DNA from: Eukaryota sp. TZLM1-RC
Taxonomy: Eukaryota > Protista > Metamonada: BaSk clade
DNA: 64,000 nt
Assembly: GCA_040285825.1 (NCBI GenBank)
Contig: JAUPSS010000001.1
Span: forward strand, 1,116,001-1,180,000
Direction: 5' to 3'
Made by a program: the position numbers and the translations under genes. Numbering within the stretch: the first letter of the stretch is position 1; each line of letters opens with the position of its first letter. Positions 1 through 11,321 of this stretch are shown in pieces. The notes under the pieces are model-generated. The model had not been told where the DNA came from, ran no database searches, and worked only from the letters and a program-made list of their open reading frames with translations.

Positions 1-829
1 CATATTGTTTTTGTTCTGAAAGAAACACCACAATTTCCGCAAAATTTGTTTATCTGATAAGGAATCAGAAATCATGAAATACACAACTAAAGCTTCACAT
101 CCTCCAAATGTGTTTCTCCTACATCAAAACAATTAATTACTAAAAAAAAGGTTAATCGTTATGAATCAGTCTATCTCATGAGCTACCTTCACGCCATCAT
201 TAATGTATATTGATGATGGAGGTTTGTGGTTATGTTGTCCCTGAATCTCTGTGATGTTTGCATGTTGCCGTTAGGCATTGAGCTAGCTGTATGTATGGGT
301 TAGTGTGGTAGTTAAGGTACTTACTTAGGTACTCACTAGTGGGGTATATAGTATTCTGCAAACTTTCTTTCCAACAATCCAATTTGTGATGAGATGTTTT
401 TGTACAATAGATTATAAATGGACAGACTAAATCGTATACTTGTGTACTTGAAATCAAAAATCAGTTATCATGATATTGGATCTACGACAACAACGAAAGC
501 AAAAGCGTCTGGTATTGATGATGTTAGATATTCCAGATCATAGACAAAACATGGTGAGAAATCATTGTTGACGGAGCGTTAAGGTTAACCAATAGGTTAT
601 CTCTGTTACCAAGCTCACAACTCTGTGGTTTTGGCATAATTTGGTAGATCTGAAAAAGAAACAATTCTGCTCTTTGTATCAGCTTGTTGAGAAGGGTTAA
701 AGTGTTTGCCATATGCAAACGAAAAAAAAATGTCAGAAAATGCTTGAAAGAATCCGGATTTGAGAAAACAAATGAATCAAAAGACAAACCAATATGGATA
801 CTGGTGAAGAGAGTGAACGGTTTTGAAAG

Positions 830-943
830 GTGAAAACCTCCCAGAACCATGTTGAAGGTTAAGTAGTTCCCAGATGCGGCAACCAGAAGTCGAGAATTGG
901 GTGGCAAGTTAAAAAATACATAAATTTTCTCACTGCATGTCAG
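830..943 (+). promoter_or_regulatory. Conserved leader upstream of Fanzor locus A (homologous to 58941-59062)
   Basis: GTGAAAACCTCCCA.AACCA.GTTGA.GGTTAA...CCCAGA...GGCAACCAGAAGTCGA.AAT.GGGTG.CAAGT...TTCTCACT(G/A)CATGTCAG occurs at both places; function (transposon left end or promoter) is inferred. Confidence 0.6.
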
Positions 944-1072
944 TCTCAGTCCCATGATCAAAGATGATTCTTGATTATATCGATTCGCTGCTAAGTGAAA
1001 CCATCCAGGAGCAGGCTTGCACTTAGCTCTACAAAGCTCATTTCCAGCCCTCGTGAAATTTGACGTTCATAG

Positions 1073-2202
1073 GTGAGCTCTTGTTCAACCAAAGGTAGCA
1101 ACGGAACTTTCTGTCACGCAAAACCTTCCTACCATTTGTTTGAAAATGGACTACTTGATCAGATTGAATCTTCCACTTTTTTTAAGAAATGTCAATTTGT
1201 CGAAGTAGTCCAGCATGAAATTTTTATGAATTGTGTATTAATTAATTGTTCAACATTTTTGATTAATAAACATTTTATAAATCCTTCAAGAAAACACAAC
1301 ATATATGAATTTGCTGGTCGTGTCTGGGGCACAAACCCGAAAGCTGACACCCTTATCACAATAAGAAATTCTACTGGTAGAGTGAATCTAACCAATTATG
1401 AACCATCTGAAGAACAACAACGAAGGATGGCTGATAGTTTATTAAGAGGTGAAGTACCTCAAGAAATCAATATTCCCCACGAAGTTGATTACTCATTCAA
1501 TTTGAGAAACAATAATCACACGACTAAATCTGTAGCAGAATGGGAAGCAACTTTATTCCAATTCAATTCCAAATACTGCAGATTTGATAGATTTATGAAG
1601 TATATTAAACAAAAGAATTTTGTAAATAGTATTGTTGGTCAAGTCTATCATCAAAAAATATTCAGGAAACTAAAATGGTGGGCTGAGATCAATCGCACAA
1701 GATCTGAGGCGAAGATGATCCAGAGATTCAAATCAGTAATTGGTGATCCCAGCCAAGTAGTTATTGGAATCGAAGACTGGGAACAACGAAAACACAGGAA
1801 AATCAAAGAACCTACTAAAGGAAAAAGTTTGAGAATTTGATTAAAAAGGATAGTTATAGGGTCTTTTTAATTGATGAGTTTCAAACCAGTTGTTGTTATT
1901 TCAACTGTAAAAAAGCGGAGAAAACAGTTGAAACATTCCAATGGTGCAGAAATCCTAGGCCATGGAAGAGGCATGAGATGTCTATTCGTCACTGGGTTAC
2001 CATGTGTAAATCATGCGAAAGCTTGTGCAATAGAGATCGAAATGCTTCACTGAATATGTTGGCAGTGAATAAAGTACATGTAAAAGGTGGAGATAGATCG
2101 GAATACCTGCAGAGAGCCAAGGTTGATGAAGGTTCAAAGAAAAAAGTATCAAGGAGACAATCTTCCACCTCTCAAAAACTCAGTCCCTCTACATCGGTGT
2201 AA
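1073..2202 (+). pseudogene. Fanzor1 (TnpB-like) nuclease, C-terminal half, frameshifted (locus A)
   Basis: ORFs 1073-1840 and 1837-2202 give FRKLKWW..INR.RSEAKMI.RF...G.P...VIGIEDWEQ.KH.K.KEPTKGK, then VFLIDEFQTSCC..C (RuvC-II), CKSC and NRDRNASLNM (RuvC-III). RuvC-I looks degenerate (WGTNPKADTL). Frameshift near 1837. Confidence 0.85.
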
Positions 2203-2243
2203 AAAGGACACCTATTTCATTGTGATAGACATCATCTGTTTCA

Positions 2244-3848
2244 ATGACATCCTTAGCCCAACCTATAATAGACCGCATTCTGGACCACTGCAACCATCAG
2301 GGCTATTCCTTCTCCCCTACCCTCGTAGCTTTCGCTCTCAACGCTACAATCCTCCGGGATTTTGCTGACTCTAACATTGACGACGCACTCTCCTCTGACG
2401 ATGTCTCTCTTATCATCCACAATGTGTCCTCTTACCTCTGTGATACTTCCAACATCGATGTACTCACCCTCCAACTCCAGAGTGCTTTCCATGATGCACA
2501 GAAAGAAGGACAAGATCATTTCTCCACTATCTTTTCCAAACGTCGCACTAACCTCAACTCGCTTCGTGACCAAATCTCCAAACTTTCTGTTACAGACACA
2601 ATGAATGCTTACACTCTCCTTCTCCAGTACTGCATGTCTTACATGTTCCTAGTCCATGGCACTGATCCAGCCAAGGATACTGATGTGAGCAACGCTTTGG
2701 AGTCCGTCCTGCCACGTGGCGAAATGTCTTCCTTTCTTTCCCTTTCTCCTTCTACTCGAACTGCACAACTTGACGAACTTTCAGAAATTGTCCATGGAAT
2801 CTCATTGTTGAATGCAAAAGAAGAATTGCTTTCTGCCCAAGGTATGGCTAATGAGACTATCAATAACTGCATTTCCACACTTAATTTATTAAAGAAAAGT
2901 AAGTCTGGTGCAGAATTTACGGTTTCAAATTTATTAGAAATTATAACTTTTTTCACTCGTAATAATATGAATACTTCTAATAAAGGCGGTATTGATAGAA
3001 TTGTTTCTGAGCACGTGTTTGGATCTCAATTCTTGACTTATCTTGACTATTTGATTGATGATGTGACGGAGCTCAAAAAAACAGTTGACCAATCATTTTA
3101 CTCGCTCAAAACGGAAGTTGCTGAAATTGTGGATTTGATTGGTAGAAAGACCGCTGTCCCCAAAAAGGATGTTTACCCAAAGTTTATTTCACTATCTAAA
3201 TGCTTTAATCTTTTGTTTAAGGAGAAAACGGCGTTAAGGGTAGTTGGAATGATTTTCTATAAGATTAATGATGTATATTCAAAATTTGAGTCATTAATGG
3301 ATTCTGACGATTTGAAAATTTCACACAGAGACTCAAATTTTGAGGGTGATCCTGTTCAGGAATACATTCCATCTTTAGGCACAATTGTAAAAAAAGACGA
3401 AGTTTTGGATAAACGTCATCTGGCCTTGTCACGACCTTGTCTAGTGTCGTTCGTTGGATCAGAAGAGCTCAACACACCAGAACTGTCGATGGAGACTGAA
3501 ATTTTGAAGGGTGACAACTCTACAGTGGTTGATCAAGATTGCCAAACACCACTTCATTTTGTGGAAAAACATATCGATTATAATTATGAATTCTCGGAAT
3601 GGAAACTACGTCAACGGGCATTAAAATTGGCTAATTTATTAAACAAAAAGACATCATCAATGCAGACCACCGATTCTGCCTTCAAGAGGGACCAAGAGAG
3701 TCAGATTTATTTGACTAAAAATAGAAACATGCAAACTAATCATGATCAATCAACCAATACTGGACAGTTAAAAACCTTTTATTCTGGACTAGTTGGAAGA
3801 CCCGAAATAAAACCAAAGGTGGTGAATCTCGAATTAAAGTTTGATTAA
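2244..3848 (+). CDS. CFAP206: Cilia- and flagella-associated protein 206
   Basis: 534-aa ORF; ALESVLP, LDELSEIVHGISLLN, KTAVPKKDVYPKF and C-terminal QTPLHFVEKHIDYNYEFSEWKLRQRALKLANL..K.TSSMQT..S.FKRD match recalled CFAP206/C6orf165 motifs. Confidence 0.85.
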   Translation: MTSLAQPIIDRILDHCNHQGYSFSPTLVAFALNATILRDFADSNIDDALSSDDVSLIIHNVSSYLCDTSNIDVLTLQLQSAFHDAQKEGQDHFSTIFSKRRTNLNSLRDQISKLSVTDTMNAYTLLLQYCMSYMFLVHGTDPAKDTDVSNALESVLPRGEMSSFLSLSPSTRTAQLDELSEIVHGISLLNAKEELLSAQGMANETINNCISTLNLLKKSKSGAEFTVSNLLEIITFFTRNNMNTSNKGGIDRIVSEHVFGSQFLTYLDYLIDDVTELKKTVDQSFYSLKTEVAEIVDLIGRKTAVPKKDVYPKFISLSKCFNLLFKEKTALRVVGMIFYKINDVYSKFESLMDSDDLKISHRDSNFEGDPVQEYIPSLGTIVKKDEVLDKRHLALSRPCLVSFVGSEELNTPELSMETEILKGDNSTVVDQDCQTPLHFVEKHIDYNYEFSEWKLRQRALKLANLLNKKTSSMQTTDSAFKRDQESQIYLTKNRNMQTNHDQSTNTGQLKTFYSGLVGRPEIKPKVVNLELKFD

Positions 3849-5619
3849 TATTGTTTTTCATTATATTTTGTATTTTTAATCCTTGTTTTATATTTTTGAT
3901 GAGGTTTTTAATTTAATTGTATTATATTTTAAATAAACATGGTGATGTTTCAAAAAAATATTTTGATTGCCTGAATTTAATTTAATTTTTTTTTATTTTA
4001 TACGTGTCAAAATGTAGTTGTTACTCTTGAATACTGTAAATGTTTATTAAACAGAAAGTACAAATGCTTCAATATTGATGAAATAATTTTCTTTTCCAAC
4101 CAATCAGTTCCAACTTTAATTTTAAGAATATAAATAGACTTCATATTATTGGGTTTGTTAGGTTGGGTTTATTAGGATTGAACTAACGTTGATTTTACTT
4201 TCTCAATGCTGCTCTGGTGTTCTATTCTTATCTATAAATCATTTTCAGATAACTGTTCAAATTGCAAATAAATAGGGCTTATATTCAAAAATTAATTAAA
4301 ATTAATTAATTGAATTTTCTGGGCACAGTTTTTGTAATCAAAGAAACAATCAAAATTACTGAATAAAAAGATTCAAGTAGATGTGTACGGATCATACATA
4401 ACAAGAAAACAAAAAATCTTAGTGAAAATTTTGCAAGAAATGGATAGAAGAGGGTGTGAGATTCATATTCCTGTTTTGAAAAGATGTTAGAATTCAAGGT
4501 TGTATTGTTGTAATTTATTGATGTGTTAATGAATAGAATCAAAATGTATTTTAATTAATTTTGAAATTAATACTACTGGCTTGTGATGTTGATTACGTAT
4601 GTGAAATACTGAAAAGCAGTTGTATAATTAAAACAATTTTATTGAAGTACAAAATCTAGATTGAATGTGGTACCTTATGAATGGCAATAATACAGAAGCA
4701 ATAATTTTATTATGCAAGAAAATTGATTTCCACGGAGTTTTCATACTTCCATAAATTTCAATTTAGCATAAACTTCCTGATTATTCATTACGTTTTCCAT
4801 ACTTCGTTCTTAGTGAAACGATTAAATAGGCTTTTTCTTACAATATTAAATACATCTGTTATGACTTACCGTATGTGTCAAAAAATCAAGGCAAAATGGT
4901 TTTATTCCATTCCGACAGATTTTCTCAGACTGCATTTTGTTTTTTTAAGCTTATGTTTTCAAAACAATAAGTTATTTTTATTATCAAACCACGAATACAA
5001 CAATTATGTAAATCTAATTCCAGGAAAAATACAGAGCAATAATTTTGCACACCATCTTTCTTCTGAAAGGAATAATCACGGAGTTGAAACAAACCCAAAT
5101 TGCCAATTAAGTGACAAAACAGATGAACAAGTCTGTATATTTCAGACCAGACTAATGCGTAGTCTAGCCATTAGTTTTCTTTCAATTGTATCCTAATTCA
5201 GACCTAGCACAGACCGACCAACCCGGAAGTTTGTCTGTGTGAATCACTTATATCCAAGTAGTATGACAGTAAATCCGATAGATATGGCGTGTTTGTAAGA
5301 ACTTTGGGACTTCTTCCATTATGGCCCGAATTTTTTCCGTCTTTATTTATTCTTCTTTAGATGTCATCAGCACTTCGCCTTTATGAACGATGGAAGCCAC
5401 AATCAAAGACTACAACTATTATTGTAACTCAACATATACCACATATAATCGAAATTCACCGCGCAAACCTTAGTATCTCCACTTTCAAAGAACGTTCTCA
5501 AGTCTAATAAGATTTCAAATCTTCAAATCGACAATAACTCAAAATTCGTCACGATTTAACTTAACATGGCAACACTGAAAAACAAATTACTGGAAAAGCT
5601 AAAAAATTAATTAATTAAC

Positions 5620-6325
5620 TTTGAGTTGTATCCAAGTGGACCTTTAGACAATTCTGTTTGTATTTGCACTGAAGAACCTTCTATCAATTTTGGTCCTATT
5701 GTGAGTTATAAAGTTGCTTCAATATCGGTCAGTTCTTCATAATGCTCTTCGTGATGTGACTAATGAAATGTTTAAATGTTCCGATTTTAGTTGCAAAGAA
5801 GAACCGTTGTTGGAGCATTATAGCGATAATAATTTGTTTGATTCTCGTTGTGGCGATTTAATTGCTATTTTTGTGGAGTCCTTTCAAGTTATTGTTGATT
5901 TTATTACTGTTGATCTCTTTGCTTTAATTTATCGTGATGATGTTTTAGTTAGTTCTAATGGTCACTTGAACAAGGCTGAGGTTCGTAAACGAAACAAATA
6001 TGCCACTGTTATTGAATGATTAAAATAAGAACCTATACTCGAAGTTTTTTGTTCCTTTTGCCGTCTCGATTTTTTATAGTATTGATCAGTTGGGTTTGAA
6101 TTTTATCAATAATTTGGATAACCTTTGTTGTTCGAATGGTAAGAATTTAACTGGGTATTTATGGAAGAATCGTATCATTTTTGCTTTGTATAGAAGTGTT
6201 CCCAAGTATTTAAATTTAATGATGTCCAAGATGTGCAAGGATTCCCCCACATTTGGTGTGGAGAATTTTGTTGCTTATGTGTTGCAATTTGTTTTGTTTT
6301 GTAATTACGTAGAAAATAAATATTT
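5620..6325 (+). mobile_element. 5'-truncated CRE-clade non-LTR retrotransposon (Zn knuckle + RLE), degenerate
   Basis: CIC...SVLHNALRD...EPLL...R.GDL...VIVDF...AEVRKRNKY...W.NRIIFAL; ends near AATAAA; same subfamily as the 30-44 kb copies. Confidence 0.8.
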
Positions 6326-6795
6326 TATTATTTAATTAATCAATTAATTAATTTTCGAAAAAATTATTGTGAAATAAAAAACCAAGGAGACCTACAACAC
6401 TGCCTGAAAACATTCACCAGTTCCTTTTAATATTCTGACAGAGATTTAAACTATATTTTCGTGGTATTATCGCTTCAACTTACGTTTTGAGTATCACCAA
6501 AGAAGAGATCGTAGGAAAATGGAAAAGCCAACCATTGAGACAATGTGGGAGATATCAGCCTACCTGAATCCTGAGACAATGGAATACCGTGGCATCAATT
6601 GAAATCGGCTTCATGGAAGCCCACCAATACTAAAAAGCTCGTTCCTGTTGCGAAATAAAATACCGCATCGACAATGGCAGTAGACATTCAAGGTAACAAA
6701 GCTCTCCTACTATGGTATCATCACCACACTTTCAATCTCAAATTGGTCCACTCAGAAGATGATTCCTTAATAGATCCTTCTCCTATAGTTCAAAG

Positions 6796-9443
6796 TGTTA
6801 GCTAAGGCTAAACTCGTTTAGGAAAGTATCACGTTTCCCATCACGTGATCTTTAGTTTAAATTCCTTATGTACTCTTTATAGCTTGATTTTCTTATTCCG
6901 GTTCATAAACTTTCCGATTTATATTAGATTATGAACAACAGTGCACTAAAGCCAACAGTAATTACTGTGGACCCAAGCGAATCCACATCTGCGCCAAGTA
7001 CTTTTATGTCGCCCCCTACCTGCAGCGTACTGGTCGAGAAGCCATCTCCCAATATGTAGATGCGCTCAACGTGTATGTGTCTCGTATGTCATTTCATCTT
7101 GTTCTCGTCAAACATGACAAAGAGATATCCGTCCTCTACTCACTCTCAGTCTCCCTCCTGCTCGAACGCGACCCAGTCCTCCTTCTGCAACTCTGACCAA
7201 AAAGCTATTAAGGCTCTCACCCTGTAAGTCGCTGCCTTGAGGTCGAGACTTTCCCTCTTTGAAAGACCTGAACCCACCTCCGAGGAACCCTCCGAATCCA
7301 CCCCTGCTTCTATAGAAGCGAAGAAACCCTGTCCGACCTTTAACCCTCGAGATTTTAAACTTCCCTCAGAACAAGCATATGAAGATAGTTTAGACCAATC
7401 TTCCGACTCTTCCGACTCTACAAACGTTGCTACCTTCGAGAAGCGCCGCCTTGTCTCTGAAAAGCAACTACATCAAGCCATGCTCCCTTAGGTACTATGC
7501 ACAATTGCTCCCGTGGTACTAGAAACCTTCGAGATCTTTGAAGACATTGACCCAAATGATCCCGAAGCCATCGTCTTTCATCTGTTATCCTTCTGCCAGT
7601 GCGAAGACTCTGCCGAAGGTTACCACAAGCTCCAATCCCTGAAACTCAATTTGTCTGCTCCAACCACTGAAGAAACCATTACTACTTATATTTCTGCTGT
7701 CCTCAAGAAGCTCCGGCTCTGTCTCTTCGAATTACCTGAAGCTGCCCGTTTGAAGTTCTTTGTCAATGGAATTCGTTTTGAAGGACTCCGCTTCATCATT
7801 CGAGCTGATGTAGAAACCGGCTCCTTAACAAGCTTCTCCTCTCGAGTTACTTGCCTCCGCAAACTCCTCCCCTCTTGTCACCTTCCTCATTCTACTTATT
7901 ACACTCTACATGACTCCGTCCCTCCTCCTCCTCGAAGACCTCAACTTTCTCGTCCTAACCCCCGAACTTCCCAAACAAATCCCAGCCCCAACAAGTCCTC
8001 ATCCTCCTCTCGTCCAGCCAACTCTCCTTTCAAGTACTTCCCTCCTAAGAAGTCTCTTTCTCCTATCAATTGTTTTTATTGTAAAGAGCCTGGTCATGTG
8101 GTTAAGAATTGCACCAAACCAGGTTGCCGTGCCAGCAAAGCTCCCCGAAAATACGGAAACAATACTATTATCCAAAGAAAACATAACCTCAGAAGCTCCA
8201 TCAACCAAATGGCCCACAACAAACCTGAAGGACCCCAAGTCAACTCCATCACTTACTCTATTCAATCTGCTCTCTTTGAAGATCCAAGTCGAATGTACCT
8301 ATCACCCTGGTGCTCAATCTTCGTCCTCCTCTAGCTCTGATACTGAGATGTATCATGTTATTTTGAATCTTTTGTCCCAAATAAAACGTGATAACTACGG
8401 CTCATCTAAATCCAACTACACTTCTTCCTCTGATGATCAAGAATTCCAAGACCTTTTTGATAACTTAATATTGAGCACTCTCTTTCGATACCACATTTTC
8501 CTCAGTCGAATGGCCTAATCGAATGCCAGCATCGCACTTTCTTACAAGCTTTACGAAAGCTTCTATTGGACTTCTCCGACTATGATAACTGGTCTCACTA
8601 CGTACCAATCTGTCGAATGATTATTAACTCCCAGTCCCGCTCTTTTCTACTCCATTACCCCTACCAGCTGGTTTTCGGCACTGATTGTTCGCCTCGACTG
8701 CTCCCTCACACCCTATTGAACGACCTTGTCTCTATACCTCAAGAACCTGACATTCCTGAGTATATAGGCCACGCGTCTTTAAATACCAAGCGTCTGGCAC
8801 AATCCTTGAAGTCTGTCTCAGCTGCCCCTAAAAAGTATCCTACCCCTGAAACTCCCAAGTACTCTCCCCAAGTGAATGATTGAGTCTTTGTTCTGCGCGA
8901 GAAGCCAGGCAAGCTCCATGGCAACTTTGTAGGCCCTTACTCTGTGCAAAAAATCCTGTCTGCTAGCTCCGTACTAATTCTGAATCTCGTGTCCCACTCT
9001 TCCTTAAAAACGTCTGTTCATCTCATCAAACCTTGTCACTCCCATTTACCTCCCGCCATTCTTGACGCATATGTTGCTGCTGATTCCAGTGAGACCTTTC
9101 TAGATGCTATTCTAAAAATCTCCAACAATACAGCCACCATTTTGTGGTCCGATGGAACCACCACCAAACAAACAGTTTCCTCCGTGAAGAATACCTCCGC
9201 TTATTCACGTTGCCTCAAGTTATCCGATCCTCCCGCTTCGAAGAAACGCGGAAGAAAGAAAAAGAGGCAGTGTTAGCTTAGGCTAAACGTGTAACTCGGA
9301 ATTAGGAAAGTTGACGTGACATCACGTCATCACTAGTTTAAATTCCTTGTTGCTTTATAATATTTTGATATTCTCCCTCAGCATAAACGTCTCGTATTAT
9401 TCTTGTTTAATTTTAGTTTATAAATTGTGCACTAACCCCAAGA
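6796..9443 (+). mobile_element. Internally deleted Ty3/Gypsy LTR retrotransposon (gag + integrase 3' end, no RT)
   Basis: Diverged LTRs starting TGTTAGCT at 6796 and 9271; polypurine tract GGAAGAAAGAAAAAGAGGCAG before the 3' LTR; gag knuckle CFYCKEPGHVVKNC; integrase tail PYQLVFG and KLHGNFVGPY. Confidence 0.8.
7513..8334 (+). pseudogene. Retrotransposon Gag with CCHC zinc knuckle
   Basis: CFYCKEPGHVVKNCTKPGC, preceded by a helical capsid-like region (FFVNGI). Confidence 0.75.
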
Positions 9444-9804
9444 GTTGCAGGAACCTAAGGTGAAAATTTCTAACAAGACGTTGCTTACCTGTCTAACATA
9501 GCTGAACAACTTACCCTCTTACGAAACTTTCAACGGAAACGTTCCTCGGTTGAAAAAAAAAACTTCAAAAAATTTAGTGTCAGAAAAAAAGAAAGATTAC
9601 CTTAGAAGCCTTGTAGAAGGTGAAACAAAAGGCCATGTGTCTCAAAATTCCTAATAATGTCCTTATAAAACGCTTTGCCGATGGAACTGCTCCAAATGGT
9701 ATTGCTGAGTCTCCTGTGCCCTAAAGAAATAATCAATTGATCCCTGATTTCAAAACACTTGTGCAAGTTGCTACCGATGAAGCGTAATCACGATAGGTCT
9801 CAAG

Positions 9805-10913
9805 TCGGGTTGCACAAAAAACGTAATCAGCTTCAGAATACATAAATGTAACGGATACGTTACGTCACGTTACAATTACGGATACGTAACAGATTTTGCA
9901 TTTCTATCCACTACACTTTCCCACTACAACTCACATGTCCACTCCTTCAACACCTACAAGAAGATAGTTGACACTCAAAGGAGTGTTCTACGAGGTGAAA
10001 CACATACAAATCCTCTCTTTGCATCGCATATCAACATTCTCAAACCTCTCTCTCCTACCTCTCCTGGACAAAGTAGTCCCCGTTATCCTAAAGTGATTTG
10101 TTGTCATTGCGATCATACTTTTAGTGGTTCTTGTGGTTTAGGAATATTATTTGAAATGGAAGGCCCAGCAGACATCAAAATTGAGAAAAACATGTGATGA
10201 AGTCGAGAAGACTATCGGAGACAATCAATTGTGATCAAATATTGAAATGGCTTTGAAGTTGTGTTCACCGGTTCATGAGCTAATCAACTTCGTCAACAGT
10301 GATAGTGAATGTATGAGTCAAGTTTACCCAAAGTCTGTGGGTATTTTGACAGTCATTGAAAAAGAAGATTTTGGGTTACTTAATCAGTTTTGAAACGAGA
10401 TTAGGACTCATTTTGTTGCCCGTTGGGAAAAATACGCAAGTGACCTTTATCTATGTTGCTTTGTCCTTGACCCACGAAATTTAGAGACGGGATACACTGA
10501 TGAGGTAGTTCAAGGGCTTTATCGAGTTTTGGAGAAGCTATTAAGTCAATCTGCCCAGTTAGATGCTTGTTTGGAGTTTCAACAATATTCCAACAAACTG
10601 AGGAACAGACTCAGTCATCAAAGAGCAAACGATCTAGTTTATGTTCATAGAAATATTCGCTTGTTGAGAAAGATGAAAGAAAAAGAATTTTGTCCACAGT
10701 ATATGATTGATGGTGAGCTACAGTCAGAATATTGAGTTTAGCTGTAACAAAGCCTTGTACTTATAGATTTATTCTCATAAAGTTTGGTTTAATTGTACAT
10801 GAATGTCATACTGTATTCGAGGTTAAATTCTGTGCCCAGAATTGAAGCAATGTGGTTGTTACGGCTGGATCTCAGAATACGTATTAGTTACGGATAGGTA
10901 TCGTGCAACCCTA
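9805..10913 (+). mobile_element. Non-autonomous hAT DNA transposon
   Basis: TIRs TCGGGTTGCAC / GTGCAACCCTA (1 mismatch); 8-bp TSD GTCTCAAG at 9797-9804 and 10914-10921; subterminal (T)ACGGATA repeats; hAT dimerization-type peptide KLRNRLSHQRANDLVYVHRNIRL and FVLDPR. Confidence 0.85.
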
Positions 10914-11321
10914 GTCTCAAGTCTGGTCTGTATCATTGTGTGGTCCTAGCACCAATTCAGCCACCAAACACACAGATAATAATGCTCAGACTTGTAAGAT
11001 GAAAGAAAAAGAATTTTGTCCACAGTATATGATTGATGGTGAGCTACAGTCAGAATATTGAGTTTAGCTGTAACAAAGCCTTGTACTTATAGATTTATTC
11101 TCATAAAGTTTGGTTTAATTGTACATGAATGTCATACTGTATTCGAGGTTAAATTCTGTGCCCAGAATTGAAGCAATGTGGTTGTTACGGCTGGATCTCA
11201 GAATACGTATTAGTTACGGATAGGTATCGTGCAACCCTAGTCTCAAGTCTGGTCTGTATCATTGTGTGGTCCTAGCACCAATTCAGCCACCAAACACACA
11301 GATAATAATGCTCAGACTTGT
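10670..11321 (+). repeat. Tandem duplication of 326 bp covering the hAT right end, TSD and flank
   Basis: 10670-10995 is repeated at 10996-11321 with no difference seen by eye. Confidence 0.9.

Noticed and set aside
3900-5600. Short ORFs in AT-rich intergenic DNA (also 11500-14500, 24700-25700, 54600-55700, 63200-64000)
   Set aside because: Low-complexity F/I/L/K-rich translations without recognisable motifs
6790-9450. TSD for the first Gypsy element
   Set aside because: No matching flanking duplication could be read; the LTRs are too diverged to fix the right end exactly
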